DNA of 32,000 nucleotides, taken from Horticoccus luteus. Lineage in GTDB: Bacteria; Verrucomicrobiota; Verrucomicrobiia; Opitutales; Opitutaceae. A program made the position numbers and the translations under genes. The DNA lies in the NCBI RefSeq assembly GCF_019464535.1, contig NZ_CP080507.1, positions 750,001 through 782,000 on the forward strand, given 5' to 3'. The notes beneath the pieces are model-generated. The model did not search any database. It saw nothing but the letters and a program-made list of their open reading frames with translations, and had not been told where the DNA came from. Shown piece by piece: positions 1-9,341 of the stretch (its first letter is position 1; each line of letters starts with the position of its first letter).

Positions 1-2000
1 AAATCGGCGCGGCGATGCACACGCGGTGGATCGCCGCGGGCATGCCCGGGTCCACGATGAAAGGCGGCTCGGTGTTCTCGACGTGGTGGAACGGGGGCCT
101 GCGGACGACGGTTTATTTCCACAACATTCTTGGGTTGTTGACGGAAGTCGTGGGCAGTCCGACGCCGATGGAGATTCCGTTGGTGCCGGAGCGGCAGATC
201 CCGTCGGGCGACCTGCCGTTGCCGGTGGAGCCGCAGGTCTGGCATTTCCGACGGTCGATCGACTACGAACTGACGGCGAACTACGCGGTGCTGAACTACG
301 CGGCGCGGCATCGCGACGAGTTGCTGCGGCAGATTTATCAAATGGGCCGCAACTCGATCACGCGCGGGCAGGAGGATCATTGGACGAATTATCCGCGTCG
401 GGTGGAGGCGATGCAGAAGGCGGCGGAGGCGGAGCGGCAAAAGTTGGTGAAGGAAGGAAAACTCGCGGCGGGCGCGAGTGAAGCCGGCACCGAGGGGAAG
501 CGGCGAATCCCGGCGCGCTATTTCGAGGAATATCTGCGGCGGCCGGAGCTGCGCGATGCGCGGGGCTATATCGTGCCGGCGGACCAGGCGGATTTTCCCA
601 CGGCGGTGAAGTTCGTGAACACGTTGATCAAGGCGGGGGTGTGCGTGCAGCGGGCGACGAAGGATTTTTCCGTACAGGGAAATAAATATCCCGCGGGGTC
701 GTATGTGGTGAAGACTGACCAGGCGTTTCGGCCCTACGTGCTGGATATGTTCGAGCCGCAGGCTTATCCGAACGATTTCAAATATGCCGGCGGTCCACCG
801 ATCCCGCCGTATGATTCGGCGGGCTGGACGCTCGCTTACGAGATGGGCGTAGCGTTCGACCGCGTGCTGGAGGGATTCGACGGTCCCTTCGCGCAGGTGC
901 CGTATGGGCACGAGCAGGCGGCGCCCGCAAAGCCCGTTGATGTCGCGGCGCGCGCAAGCGGGGGATATCTCCTGAGCGCGACGCAAAACGATGCGTTCCG
1001 GTTGGTGAATCGTCTGTTGAAAGCGGGAGCCGCGGTGTCGTGGCCGGCGGGCAATGCGGGCGCCCGGGCCGGGAGCATCTACGTCGAGGAAAGTGCGGCG
1101 GCGCGAGACGTGCTCGGCCGCGACGCTCCGGCGCTCGGGGTTGACGTGCGGCGCGTGCCCGAGGGGCCGATGGGACTGAAAGTGACATTGCATCCGGCGC
1201 GAGTGGCGTTGGTCGATGTCTATGGCGGATCGATCCCGGCGGGATGGACACGCTGGCTGTTGGAGAAATTCGATTTTCCGTTTGAGGTGGTTTATCCGCA
1301 GACGATCGACGCGGGGGAATTGCGGACGCGTTACGATGTGATCGTGCTGGTCAACGGTGCGGTGCCGCCGCCGAAGCGGTTGGGCGCGCGAGAGAAGGCG
1401 GTCAGTGCGGCGATGAAACAACCGCGGGCCGAGGACATTCCGGCGGAGTTCCGCGGTTGGCTGGGGCGATTGACGGAAGAGAAGTCGCTCGCGCCGTTGC
1501 GGACGTTTCTCGAGACCGGCGGGACGATCGTGACGATCGGATCGAGCGCGAATCTCGCCTATGAGTTGGGACTGCCGGTGAGCAACGCGTTGGAAGAAGT
1601 GGCGGACGACGGGACGATGAAGCCGTTGCCGCGGGAAAAGTTTTTCGTGCCGGGGAGCCTGCTGGAAGCGCGGGTGGCGAGAGGAACGGAGGCGACGCGG
1701 GGATTGCCGGCGAAGGTGGATGTCTACTTTGACGAGAGCCCGGTGTTTCGGCTCGCGCCCGATGCGGAGGAGCGCGGCGTGCGGCCGTTGTTGTGGTTCG
1801 CGAGCGACCGGCCGTTGCGCAGTGGCTGGGTGTGGGGCCAGGAATATCTGAAGGATGGTGTGGCGGCGTTTGAGGCGAAGGTGGGCGCAGGGCGGCTGCG
1901 GGTGTTCGGGCCGGAAATCGCATTTCGCGGGCAGACGCACGGGACGTTCAAACTGTTGTTCAATTCGCTCTACCTGGAGCGCGTTGAGCCGTCGCAATGA
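1..2000 (+). CDS. M14-family metallopeptidase-like protein, C-terminal portion (5' end outside window)
   Basis: The frame is open from base 3, so the ATG at 15 is probably internal. The 661-aa translation has normal globular composition. The N-terminal stretch WWNGGLRTTVYFHNILGLLTEV resembles the distal catalytic region of large M14 carboxypeptidase-like proteins. Family assignment is by recollection only. Confidence 0.5.
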   Translation, partial: IGAAMHTRWIAAGMPGSTMKGGSVFSTWWNGGLRTTVYFHNILGLLTEVVGSPTPMEIPLVPERQIPSGDLPLPVEPQVWHFRRSIDYELTANYAVLNYAARHRDELLRQIYQMGRNSITRGQEDHWTNYPRRVEAMQKAAEAERQKLVKEGKLAAGASEAGTEGKRRIPARYFEEYLRRPELRDARGYIVPADQADFPTAVKFVNTLIKAGVCVQRATKDFSVQGNKYPAGSYVVKTDQAFRPYVLDMFEPQAYPNDFKYAGGPPIPPYDSAGWTLAYEMGVAFDRVLEGFDGPFAQVPYGHEQAAPAKPVDVAARASGGYLLSATQNDAFRLVNRLLKAGAAVSWPAGNAGARAGSIYVEESAAARDVLGRDAPALGVDVRRVPEGPMGLKVTLHPARVALVDVYGGSIPAGWTRWLLEKFDFPFEVVYPQTIDAGELRTRYDVIVLVNGAVPPPKRLGAREKAVSAAMKQPRAEDIPAEFRGWLGRLTEEKSLAPLRTFLETGGTIVTIGSSANLAYELGLPVSNALEEVADDGTMKPLPREKFFVPGSLLEARVARGTEATRGLPAKVDVYFDESPVFRLAPDAEERGVRPLLWFASDRPLRSGWVWGQEYLKDGVAAFEAKVGAGRLRVFGPEIAFRGQTHGTFKLLFNSLYLERVEPSQ

Positions 2001-2030
2001 GGAGGCGCGCCGCAGCCGGAGGCGGCGATA

Positions 2031-3134
2031 TCAAGCGTTGAGACCGAGGAAGCGGGTGAGTTCGCGAACGGCGGGCGCGGCTGAATAACCGCGGCGGACG
2101 GAGCGGTTGACGACGACGAGCTTGCGCTGTTCGCGATCGGCCTTGGGATCGACGTGCCCGACGATTTGCGTGCCGACAAGCAGGGGCAGGGCGTAATAGC
2201 CGCGGGTGCGTTTGTGCGGCGGGGTATAAACTTCCCACGTGTAATCGAAGTCCCACACGGCACGCGTGGTGGGCCGGTGGTAAATAATCGGATCAAGCGG
2301 TGCGAGCAGGAGGGCGTCGCTGGCGACTCCGGCACTTGCTTCGAGCAAGGCAGCATCCGTGCGAAGACAGTAGAGCAGCGGACCGTCGGCGACGCGGACG
2401 GGCTGCACGAGATCTTCGACCAGCGGAAGCTCGGCTCTTTTCAGGGCGACGAGGCGGTGTTGCTGGAGGCGAAGTTGTGCGATCCAGCGGTCGGTGTCGC
2501 CGGGGGGCGGGGCGTGCAGTGCGAGCGTGGCGGCGGGCAGGACGCGTTCGGGCAGATCATAGAGGCGGCGTGCGCCCACCCGGGAGGAAATGAGGAGACG
2601 GCCGTGGAAGAAGAGCTTCTGAAGGGTCGCCTTGGCGAGGGTGGCCGCGCCCCACACGCGACGAGCTTTGCGCGGATCGGTGAACGAATCGGAGTTGAGC
2701 GGGCCGCGGGCCTGAATTTCCGCGAGGATTTCCGGGACGAGTTCACGTTCGCGAGGCGTGAGGCGACCGGACCACGCGCCCGGACGCTTGGTGCGACGGT
2801 CCATGGCAGCGAGCAGGTGAGGCCAGGCGTCGAGGGGAAACGCAGCGAGGTTGTGGGTGAAAGGGTGATGATGTTCAAAGGCGGATCGCGCAGCGGCGGG
2901 GAGAACGGGGCCATCGCCGTGCAAGTGGCGCATGAGGTCGCCTTCGCGATAGCCGGTGACGCGGTTGCGAAGAATGAGGTCGTGCATGCGCCCGCAGACG
3001 TTGATGGGGTCAATCTGCACATAGCCGAGATGCGCGATCACTTGCGCCAGCGTGTGCGGAGAGGAATCCAGCAGCGTGCTCCGGCGGAGAAAAAGGCGGG
3101 CGGTCTCGGCGGAGAGAGTGAGAGTCGGGGGCAC
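2031..3134 (-). CDS. YcaQ-like winged-helix DNA-binding / DNA glycosylase family protein (DUF1006-type)
   Basis: The translation has YcaQ-family hallmarks: GYVQIDPINVCGRMHDLILRNRV, LFFHGRLLISSR, and the C-terminal RGYYALPLL...GHVDPKADRE. The ORF-track start (TTG at 3242) lies beyond a terminator hairpin at 3198-3229, so I moved the start to the in-frame GTG at 3134 (VPPTLTLSAETARLF). The exact start is uncertain. Confidence 0.6.
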   Translation of the reverse strand: MPPTLTLSAETARLFLRRSTLLDSSPHTLAQVIAHLGYVQIDPINVCGRMHDLILRNRVTGYREGDLMRHLHGDGPVLPAAARSAFEHHHPFTHNLAAFPLDAWPHLLAAMDRRTKRPGAWSGRLTPRERELVPEILAEIQARGPLNSDSFTDPRKARRVWGAATLAKATLQKLFFHGRLLISSRVGARRLYDLPERVLPAATLALHAPPPGDTDRWIAQLRLQQHRLVALKRAELPLVEDLVQPVRVADGPLLYCLRTDAALLEASAGVASDALLLAPLDPIIYHRPTTRAVWDFDYTWEVYTPPHKRTRGYYALPLLVGTQIVGHVDPKADREQRKLVVVNRSVRRGYSAAPAVRELTRFLGLNA

Positions 3135-3197
3135 CGCAGCGATTGAAGCAAGCGGGCGGGCGCTGACAAGCAGCAGGACGCGCCGGGGGATAAGGCG

Positions 3198-3229
3198 AAA
3201 ATAAAAAAGGCCCGCCGGGGAGGCGGGCC
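3198..3229 (-). terminator. Rho-independent terminator downstream of the ECF sigma gene
   Basis: There is a perfect 8-bp GC stem, GGCCCGCC (3209-3216) and GGCGGGCC (3222-3229), with a 5-nt loop. On the minus strand it is followed by TTTTTTATTTT (forward A-run 3198-3208). It starts about 29 nt after the sigma stop codon. Confidence 0.8.
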
Positions 3230-3257
3230 AAACAACAACCAAAGCGATGGTGCAGTC

Positions 3258-4022
3258 TCAGGCGTAGGCGACCGCGAGGCGGCCGGTCGCGCGATTCGGG
3301 AGGAAGTAGTCGGCGGGGGAACCGTCGGCCGAAAACTCCGGGCACTGGGTGGTGAGAAGGTTGCGCAGATTTTCGCGGGCGCGGGCGATGCGGCTCTTCA
3401 CCGTGCCGACATTGATCCCGAGCGAAGTGGCGATGTCCTCGTAGGCCATGTGCAGGGTGTTGCGCATGGTGAGTATCTGGCGATGACGCCGATCGAGCTT
3501 CTCCATGCATTCCGCAACGAGCGCTGCGAATTCATCGCGGGCGGACTCCTGCGCGGGATCAGGCACGTCGGCGGCGATGAGGTCGGCGAACGGCGCATCG
3601 GTATCGTCGCCGAGCGGGCAGTCGAGGGAGAGCGTGGCGTGCCGGCGGCGGCGGAAGAAATACCAGTAACGGTTGCGGGCGAGGTTGACGGCGATCCGGT
3701 AGAGCCACGTGGCGAGCGAAGAGTCGCCGCGGAATTTGCCGAGGCCGCGGTGCGCGCGGATAAAGGTATCCTGAGTGATCTCTTCCGCATCGCTGTGATT
3801 GCGGAGGAGGGCGAGGGTGACGTTGAAAATCTTGGCGCGGTAGCGATCCATGATTTCAATGAACGCGGCTTCGTCGCCGTTGTTGAAGCGTTGCACGAGC
3901 GTCGCGTCGTAGGCGGACTCGGATTTGGAGCGTTCGGACTTCTCTTGCGGAGAAACGGGATCAGCGAGTGATGAAGTAGAGGCCGAGGAAGTCGAAGTGG
4001 AACGATTAAGATAGTTTCGCAT
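3258..4022 (-). CDS. ECF-type RNA polymerase sigma-70 family factor
   Basis: Sigma-2 region: EITQDTFIRAHRGLGKFRGDSSLATWLYRIAVNLARN. Sigma-4 HTH: MAYEDIATSLGINVGTVKSRIARAR. I chose the ATG at 4022 (MRNYLNRS...) over the longer 4154 ORF, whose first 44 aa look non-coding. A GGAGGAGAGGAG stretch lies upstream of 4022. Confidence 0.8.
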   Translation of the reverse strand: MRNYLNRSTSTSSASTSSLADPVSPQEKSERSKSESAYDATLVQRFNNGDEAAFIEIMDRYRAKIFNVTLALLRNHSDAEEITQDTFIRAHRGLGKFRGDSSLATWLYRIAVNLARNRYWYFFRRRRHATLSLDCPLGDDTDAPFADLIAADVPDPAQESARDEFAALVAECMEKLDRRHRQILTMRNTLHMAYEDIATSLGINVGTVKSRIARARENLRNLLTTQCPEFSADGSPADYFLPNRATGRLAVAYA

Positions 4023-4685
4023 GGAGTTGTGCTGGTTGAACAGTTGCTCCTCTCCTCCACCTTTAATCGTGCCAGCATGGTCGTCGTTCGCGTAACCCAC
4101 GATGGTGCAGCGGCAAAAAAAACCGGGCGCGATAAACGACGCGGGAATCGACAATAACTTCCGTGCGAAATGCCCGAGTCGCGCGGTGAAACCGTGCGCT
4201 TTGCAGCTTTATCAAACCCGCCGTTTTTATATACGGGTGAAGAGAGGAAGAAGTGGCTCGCGAGTGGCGCGATGCGGGGAAGATTGTAGCGCGCGCAAGA
4301 AAGGTGTTCCAAAATTTCGAGCGAAAGGAAGGGAAAATATTCCAGCGGCGGCCCGGGGAAACCCCGAGGGTCGGCGGGCAGTTCTTTCGGGCTGGGGTGG
4401 GGCCAACTACGTCGGCGGAGGACGCGGGCGCTGTAGGAATGAGTGGGCAACGGGAAATTGAAACGGGCGGTCCCGTCGGCGCACTTTCCCAAGTCGCGAA
4501 TTTTTCTACACGATGCGAATTCTTCGCGCCGGTAGCCGGGATGGGGCGACATCCAGTGCGCGCCGCCGGGAATTTGTGCTCGTCGACGGGTGATATGCTT
4601 CCGCGAGGGCGGGGATTGCCTGACCATGGGGCCCGGCGGTGACATGATTGGCGAGCAACAGAGGAACGGCTATAATGATTCGTCC

Positions 4686-6479
4686 ATGCTGCCTGCCACT
4701 CTTTCTGAACAGCGACCCGCAACGGGAGCGAGGGTTCACCGCGGAGGGATAGACTATTGTGTCTGGGCGCCGAATCACGGGCGAATGGCGCTGGAAATTC
4801 GGCAGGCGGATGCGGCGACGGAGCGGCACGAGATGCAACGTGAGGCGGGCGGATATTTTTCGTGGCACGACGCGCAGGGCCGCCCAGGCGATCAATACCG
4901 ATTTGTGTTGGAGGACGGGCGGGCGTTGCCGGACGTGTGTTCTCGCTTCCAACCGGAAGGCGTGCACGGGCCGTCGGAATGCATCGACCCGGAGGAGTAT
5001 CGCTGGCGCGTGGAGAGTTGGCGGCGGCCGAGTTGGCGCGATCAGATCGTCTATGAACTGCACGTCGGCACATTTACGCCGGAGGGGACGTTTCTCGCGG
5101 CAGTGGGAAAGCTCGATCACTTGCGGGAGCTGGGCGTCACGGCGATCGAGTTGATGCCGGTGGCGGATTTCCCGGGGCGGCGAAACTGGGGCTACGACGG
5201 CGTTTCGTTGTATGCGCCGGCCCGTTGCTATGGCCGGCCGGATGACTTGCGACGTTTGGTGGATGAAGCGCACACGCGCGGAATCGCGGTGGTACTCGAC
5301 GTCGTTTACAATCACTTGGGGCCGGATGGAAATTATCTCGGCGCATATGCGGCGGCGTATTTTCACCGCGACCGCGAGACGCCGTGGGGAAAGACGTTCA
5401 ACCTGGATGGGCATGATAGCGGCCCGGTGCGGGATTTTTTTGTGCGCAACGCGGCCTATTGGCTGGATGAGTTTCGCATCGATGGGCTGCGGCTGGATGC
5501 GACGCACAGCATGCACGATGAGTCGTCACTGCATCTGCTGGCGGAAATCGCGAATGCGGTTCATGCGCGCGGCGGATTTGTGATTGCGGAGGATGAACGC
5601 AACACGTGCACGGTGCTGCGGCGGCCCGATGGCACCGGCCATGGAATCGATGCGGTGTGGGCGGATGACTTTCATCATCAAGTGCGCGTGGCGCTGACCG
5701 GACAGAAGGGCGCTTACTTCGCGAATTACACGGGCACGATGGCAGCGGTGGCGGAAACGTTGCGCGAGGGTTGGTTCTATCGCGGGCAGTCGTATCCGAC
5801 TTGGGGACATCCGCGGGGTGAACCTTGCGCACATCTGCCGGTGTCGGCCTTTGTGTGGTGCATCGAAAATCACGATCAGGTGGGCAACCGGGCTCGGGGC
5901 GAGCGATTGGAACATCTCGTATCAGGGGCGGTGTTTCGCGCAGCGACGATGCTGCTGACGCTCGCGCCGTATGTGCCACTGTTGTTTATGGGGCAGGAGT
6001 GGGGAGCGAGTGCGCCGTTTCTATTTTTCACGGATCACCACGGCGAACTGGGGCGTCTGGTGTCCGAGGGGAGGCGACGGGAATTTGGGGCCTTGCACGG
6101 GGCCGAAGAAAGCGTGCCGGATCCGCAGAAAGAAGAGACGTTCCTAGCGTCGAAATTGAACTGGGGCGAGTGCGCTGAGCCGGCGCATGCGACGCTGCTG
6201 GAGTTCTATCGGTCACTGTTCCGCGAGCGCAAAGCGTGGTTGCAAGGCGACGCGACCGACCGGGCGAATTGGGACGTGGCCGCGGACGGAGAGGTGCTGA
6301 CGTTGCATTATCGCGCGGCACGGCGGCGGCTGGTGGTGGCATGGCGGGAAGGCGCGGCGATCTCGGGGAAAAACGAAGGAGAGAGCGTGGTTTTGCACTC
6401 GGAAGAAGCGCGCTTCGGCGGCGCAGGCGAGTGGACGCGCGGGCCGGCAGCGGTGCTTTTTGCAACGGAGGACGCGTAA
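4686..6479 (+). CDS. treZ: Malto-oligosyltrehalose trehalohydrolase (GH13)
   Basis: GH13 catalytic regions: VLDVVYNHLGPDGNY, FRIDGLRLDATHSM, and IAEDE. The N-terminal CBM48-like VWAPN segment and overall length fit TreZ. The start could be 4590, 4626, 4644 or 4686; I chose 4686 by analogy with TreZ N-termini. Confidence 0.8.
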   Translation: MLPATLSEQRPATGARVHRGGIDYCVWAPNHGRMALEIRQADAATERHEMQREAGGYFSWHDAQGRPGDQYRFVLEDGRALPDVCSRFQPEGVHGPSECIDPEEYRWRVESWRRPSWRDQIVYELHVGTFTPEGTFLAAVGKLDHLRELGVTAIELMPVADFPGRRNWGYDGVSLYAPARCYGRPDDLRRLVDEAHTRGIAVVLDVVYNHLGPDGNYLGAYAAAYFHRDRETPWGKTFNLDGHDSGPVRDFFVRNAAYWLDEFRIDGLRLDATHSMHDESSLHLLAEIANAVHARGGFVIAEDERNTCTVLRRPDGTGHGIDAVWADDFHHQVRVALTGQKGAYFANYTGTMAAVAETLREGWFYRGQSYPTWGHPRGEPCAHLPVSAFVWCIENHDQVGNRARGERLEHLVSGAVFRAATMLLTLAPYVPLLFMGQEWGASAPFLFFTDHHGELGRLVSEGRRREFGALHGAEESVPDPQKEETFLASKLNWGECAEPAHATLLEFYRSLFRERKAWLQGDATDRANWDVAADGEVLTLHYRAARRRLVVAWREGAAISGKNEGESVVLHSEEARFGGAGEWTRGPAAVLFATEDA

Positions 6480-9271
6480 TGCCACTGCGCGATGCGAGGC
6501 GAATTCCGACGGCGACGTATCGTGTGCAACTGCACGCGGGATTTACTTTGGCGGATTTGGAAAAGCTCATCCCGTATCTGGAAGACCTCGGGATTTCGGA
6601 CTGCTACTTGTCGCCAGTCATGCGTTCGAGTCCGGGCAGCACGCACGGCTACGACGTAACGGACTATCGAAAGATCGATCCGGACCTCGGGGGCGGCGAG
6701 GCGTTTCACCGCCTGACAGAGGAACTGGCCCGACGAGGGATGGGAGTGGTGATGGATTTTGTGCCGAATCACATGGGCGTGAACGGACCGTTCAACGCGT
6801 GGTGGAATGACGTGCTGGAGGCGGGGCCGCGCTCGCCGCATGCAAAATTCTTCGACATCGAGTGGCGCGGGCCGCACGCGCGCGGGACCCGGCCGCGGGT
6901 GCTGGTGCCGGTGCTGGACGACCATTACGGGCGCGTGCTGGAGCGCGGAGGGCTGGCGGTGAAATGGGCGGCGGGGGCACTGCGCCTCGGTTTTGGTGAT
7001 TTGGAATTTCCGTTAAACGCGGCGACGCTGGGACGCGTGGCGCTGGAGTTGGCGGCGGAGCCGCGGTTGCAGGCGGAGGCGGAGGCCTGGCAGGCACTGG
7101 CGAACGCGTTTTTTGCCACGACGGAGAACACGACGACGGGCGGCCCGGCGTTGAAGGAAGTGAAACAGCAGTTTGGCGAACGCGTGGCGGCGAGCGCCGC
7201 AGCGCAGGATGCATTGCACGCGTGGATCGCGCGGGTGAACGGCAAGGTGGGCGAGCCGCAATCGTTTGACGCGTTGAACGAGCTGATCGAAGCGCAGCAC
7301 TATCGGCTCGCCCGCTGGAAAACCGGGGCGCACGAGATCAACTACCGGCGTTTTTTCGCGATCGATTCGCTGGCGGGATTGCGGATGGAGCGCGCGGAGG
7401 TGTTTCACGAAAGTCACCTGCTGCTGGGCCATCTGCTCGCGGAAGGCCGCATCACGGGCGTGCGGATCGATCACGTCGACGGCTTGCGCGACCCGCAGGA
7501 GTATCTCGAGCGGCTGCAGGCGCTCGCGCATGGACCGGCGGGAAAGGCCGCGGCGCCGGCGGGTGAAACGTATGTCGTGGTCGAGAAAATTCTCGGAGAG
7601 GGCGAGCAACTGCCACCGCGGTGGGCGGCGCATGGGACGACCGGCTACGAGTTCATCACGCAAATCGCCGGCGCCTTGGTCAACGCGGAGGCCGGCGAAC
7701 GGTTCACGCAATGGCACGATGAATTCGTCGGCACGCACACAGACTACGCGCAACTCATCTACGAGAAAAAGCGGTTTGTGCTGGAGGAGATGTTTGCGAA
7801 CTCGGTGAGCAGCCTCGCGCACCGCTTGACGGACATTCTGGCGGAAGACCGGCATTGGCGGGATCTGGCGTATCGCGAGGTGGCGGTGGCGGTCCGCGAG
7901 ACGATGGCGGCGATGGATGTTTATCGCACCTACCGACGGCGGGGCGAGGCGTGCAGTGCGAGCGATGCGGAGCGCATCACGGCGGCATGCGCGCGGGCGA
8001 TTGCGCGCAATCCGCGGCTGGATGCGGAGGCGTTTGAGTTGTTGCGCGATGTGCTGACAGGCGCGTATGCACCGGCGGAGATGCGCGACGCGCTCGACGG
8101 CTGGGTGTTGAGTTTTCAACAATACACCGGAGCGGTGATGGCGAAGGCGGTGGAAGACACGGCGTTCTATGTTTACACACGCTTCATTGCGTTGAACGAG
8201 GTGGGCGGTGATGCGGGGCGGTTTGGCGCGCCGCTGGCGGAATTTCACGCGGCGAATGTCGCACGGGCGCACGAAGTGCCGCAGAGCATGGTCGCGACCT
8301 CGACGCATGACACGAAGATGAGCGAGGACGTGCGGGGGCGCCTCTACGCGCTGTCGGAAATCGGCGATGAGTGGGTGAACTGGGTGCGGGATTGGCGGGC
8401 GATGAACGCGCGGCATAAAACGCGGGTCGGCGACCGCGATGCGCCGGACGCGAATGAAGAATACCGGCTTTATCAGGTGTTGCTCGGCGCGTGGCCGCTC
8501 GATGGGCGGGTGGACGAGGCGTTTCGGCAGCGGTTGCGGGAACACGAACGCAAGGCGGTGAATGAGGCGCAGATCAATACGACGTGGCGCGCGCCGAATG
8601 AGGCGTGGCTGGCGGCGGGCGATCGGTTCATCGACGCGTTGCTCGCAGATGGGGAGGCCAATGCGTTTCGCACGAGCATGGCCGAGCGCGCGCAGCGCCT
8701 CGCGCACTTGGGCATGGTCAACAGTCTCACGCAGGTGGTGCTCAAGTGCACGGTGCCGGGCGTGCCGGATTTGTATCAAGGCAATGAAGCCTGGGATTTC
8801 AGCCTGGTGGATCCCGACAACCGGCGGCCGGTGGATTTCGGGGCGCTCGCGGAGAAGGCGCGGACGGCGGCCGAAGCGCCGCGCGCGCTGCTGGCGGCGT
8901 GGCGCGACGGACGGGTGAAATTTGCCGTTACGCGCGCGTTGCTGCGTTTCCGGCGGGGCCACGCGAATTTTTTTCAACACAGCGACTATGCGCCGGCGGC
9001 GGTGCAGGGGCGCTTCGCGGAGCACGTGATCGCGTTTCGCCGCGAGCACGGCGGCGGCGAACTGCTGGTGGTGGTGCCGCGGTTGGCGGCGAAGCTGGGT
9101 TGTCCGCCGCTGGGGCTCGTGTGGGAGGACACCGCGGTGACGGCGAAGGCGGGAAGAGGTTGGGGCGAAGTGTTGACCGGACGCGCGGTGGAGGGGCGAG
9201 AGAATCTGCCCCTGGCGGAACTGTTGGCGGAATGGCCGGTGGCGGTTTTGTGGCGGGAGGCGCGGGCGTGA
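6479..9271 (+). CDS. treY: Malto-oligosyltrehalose synthase (GH13)
   Basis: The N-terminus TATYRVQLHAGFTLADLEKLIPYLEDLGISDCYLSPVMRSSPGSTHGYDVTDY and the later GVRIDHVDGL are classic TreY. The start ATG overlaps the treZ stop (TAATG at 6477-6481). The upstream part of the 6236 ORF is an out-of-frame overlap with treZ. Confidence 0.85.
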   Translation: MPLRDARRIPTATYRVQLHAGFTLADLEKLIPYLEDLGISDCYLSPVMRSSPGSTHGYDVTDYRKIDPDLGGGEAFHRLTEELARRGMGVVMDFVPNHMGVNGPFNAWWNDVLEAGPRSPHAKFFDIEWRGPHARGTRPRVLVPVLDDHYGRVLERGGLAVKWAAGALRLGFGDLEFPLNAATLGRVALELAAEPRLQAEAEAWQALANAFFATTENTTTGGPALKEVKQQFGERVAASAAAQDALHAWIARVNGKVGEPQSFDALNELIEAQHYRLARWKTGAHEINYRRFFAIDSLAGLRMERAEVFHESHLLLGHLLAEGRITGVRIDHVDGLRDPQEYLERLQALAHGPAGKAAAPAGETYVVVEKILGEGEQLPPRWAAHGTTGYEFITQIAGALVNAEAGERFTQWHDEFVGTHTDYAQLIYEKKRFVLEEMFANSVSSLAHRLTDILAEDRHWRDLAYREVAVAVRETMAAMDVYRTYRRRGEACSASDAERITAACARAIARNPRLDAEAFELLRDVLTGAYAPAEMRDALDGWVLSFQQYTGAVMAKAVEDTAFYVYTRFIALNEVGGDAGRFGAPLAEFHAANVARAHEVPQSMVATSTHDTKMSEDVRGRLYALSEIGDEWVNWVRDWRAMNARHKTRVGDRDAPDANEEYRLYQVLLGAWPLDGRVDEAFRQRLREHERKAVNEAQINTTWRAPNEAWLAAGDRFIDALLADGEANAFRTSMAERAQRLAHLGMVNSLTQVVLKCTVPGVPDLYQGNEAWDFSLVDPDNRRPVDFGALAEKARTAAEAPRALLAAWRDGRVKFAVTRALLRFRRGHANFFQHSDYAPAAVQGRFAEHVIAFRREHGGGELLVVVPRLAAKLGCPPLGLVWEDTAVTAKAGRGWGEVLTGRAVEGRENLPLAELLAEWPVAVLWREARA

Positions 9272-9341
9272 GCGCGGGGATGTCGGGAAACATTTCGGGC
9301 GGAAGTGGAACTAGCATTCAGCGCGGGGATGCGCGCAGCCC

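Noticed and set aside
4115-4150. A T8 run on the minus strand preceded by CGCG...CGCG, as a possible terminator upstream of the sigma gene.
   Set aside because: The stem is only about 4 bp, and no upstream minus-strand gene exists for it to terminate. It is more likely just an AT-rich promoter-region feature.
6236-6478. Upstream extension of the treY ORF, and similarly 4590-4685 for treZ.
   Set aside because: The treY extension overlaps the treZ 3' end out of frame and is Arg/Gly-rich. The conserved TreY N-terminus begins at ATG 6479. The treZ extension precedes the region that aligns with TreZ N-termini, so its start remains uncertain rather than excluded.
7013-9049. A 678-aa ORF antisense to treY.
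   Set aside because: It is extremely Arg/Pro/His-rich and has no motifs. It lies entirely within a gene with unmistakable TreY similarity on the other strand. This is the typical shadow ORF of a GC-rich genome.
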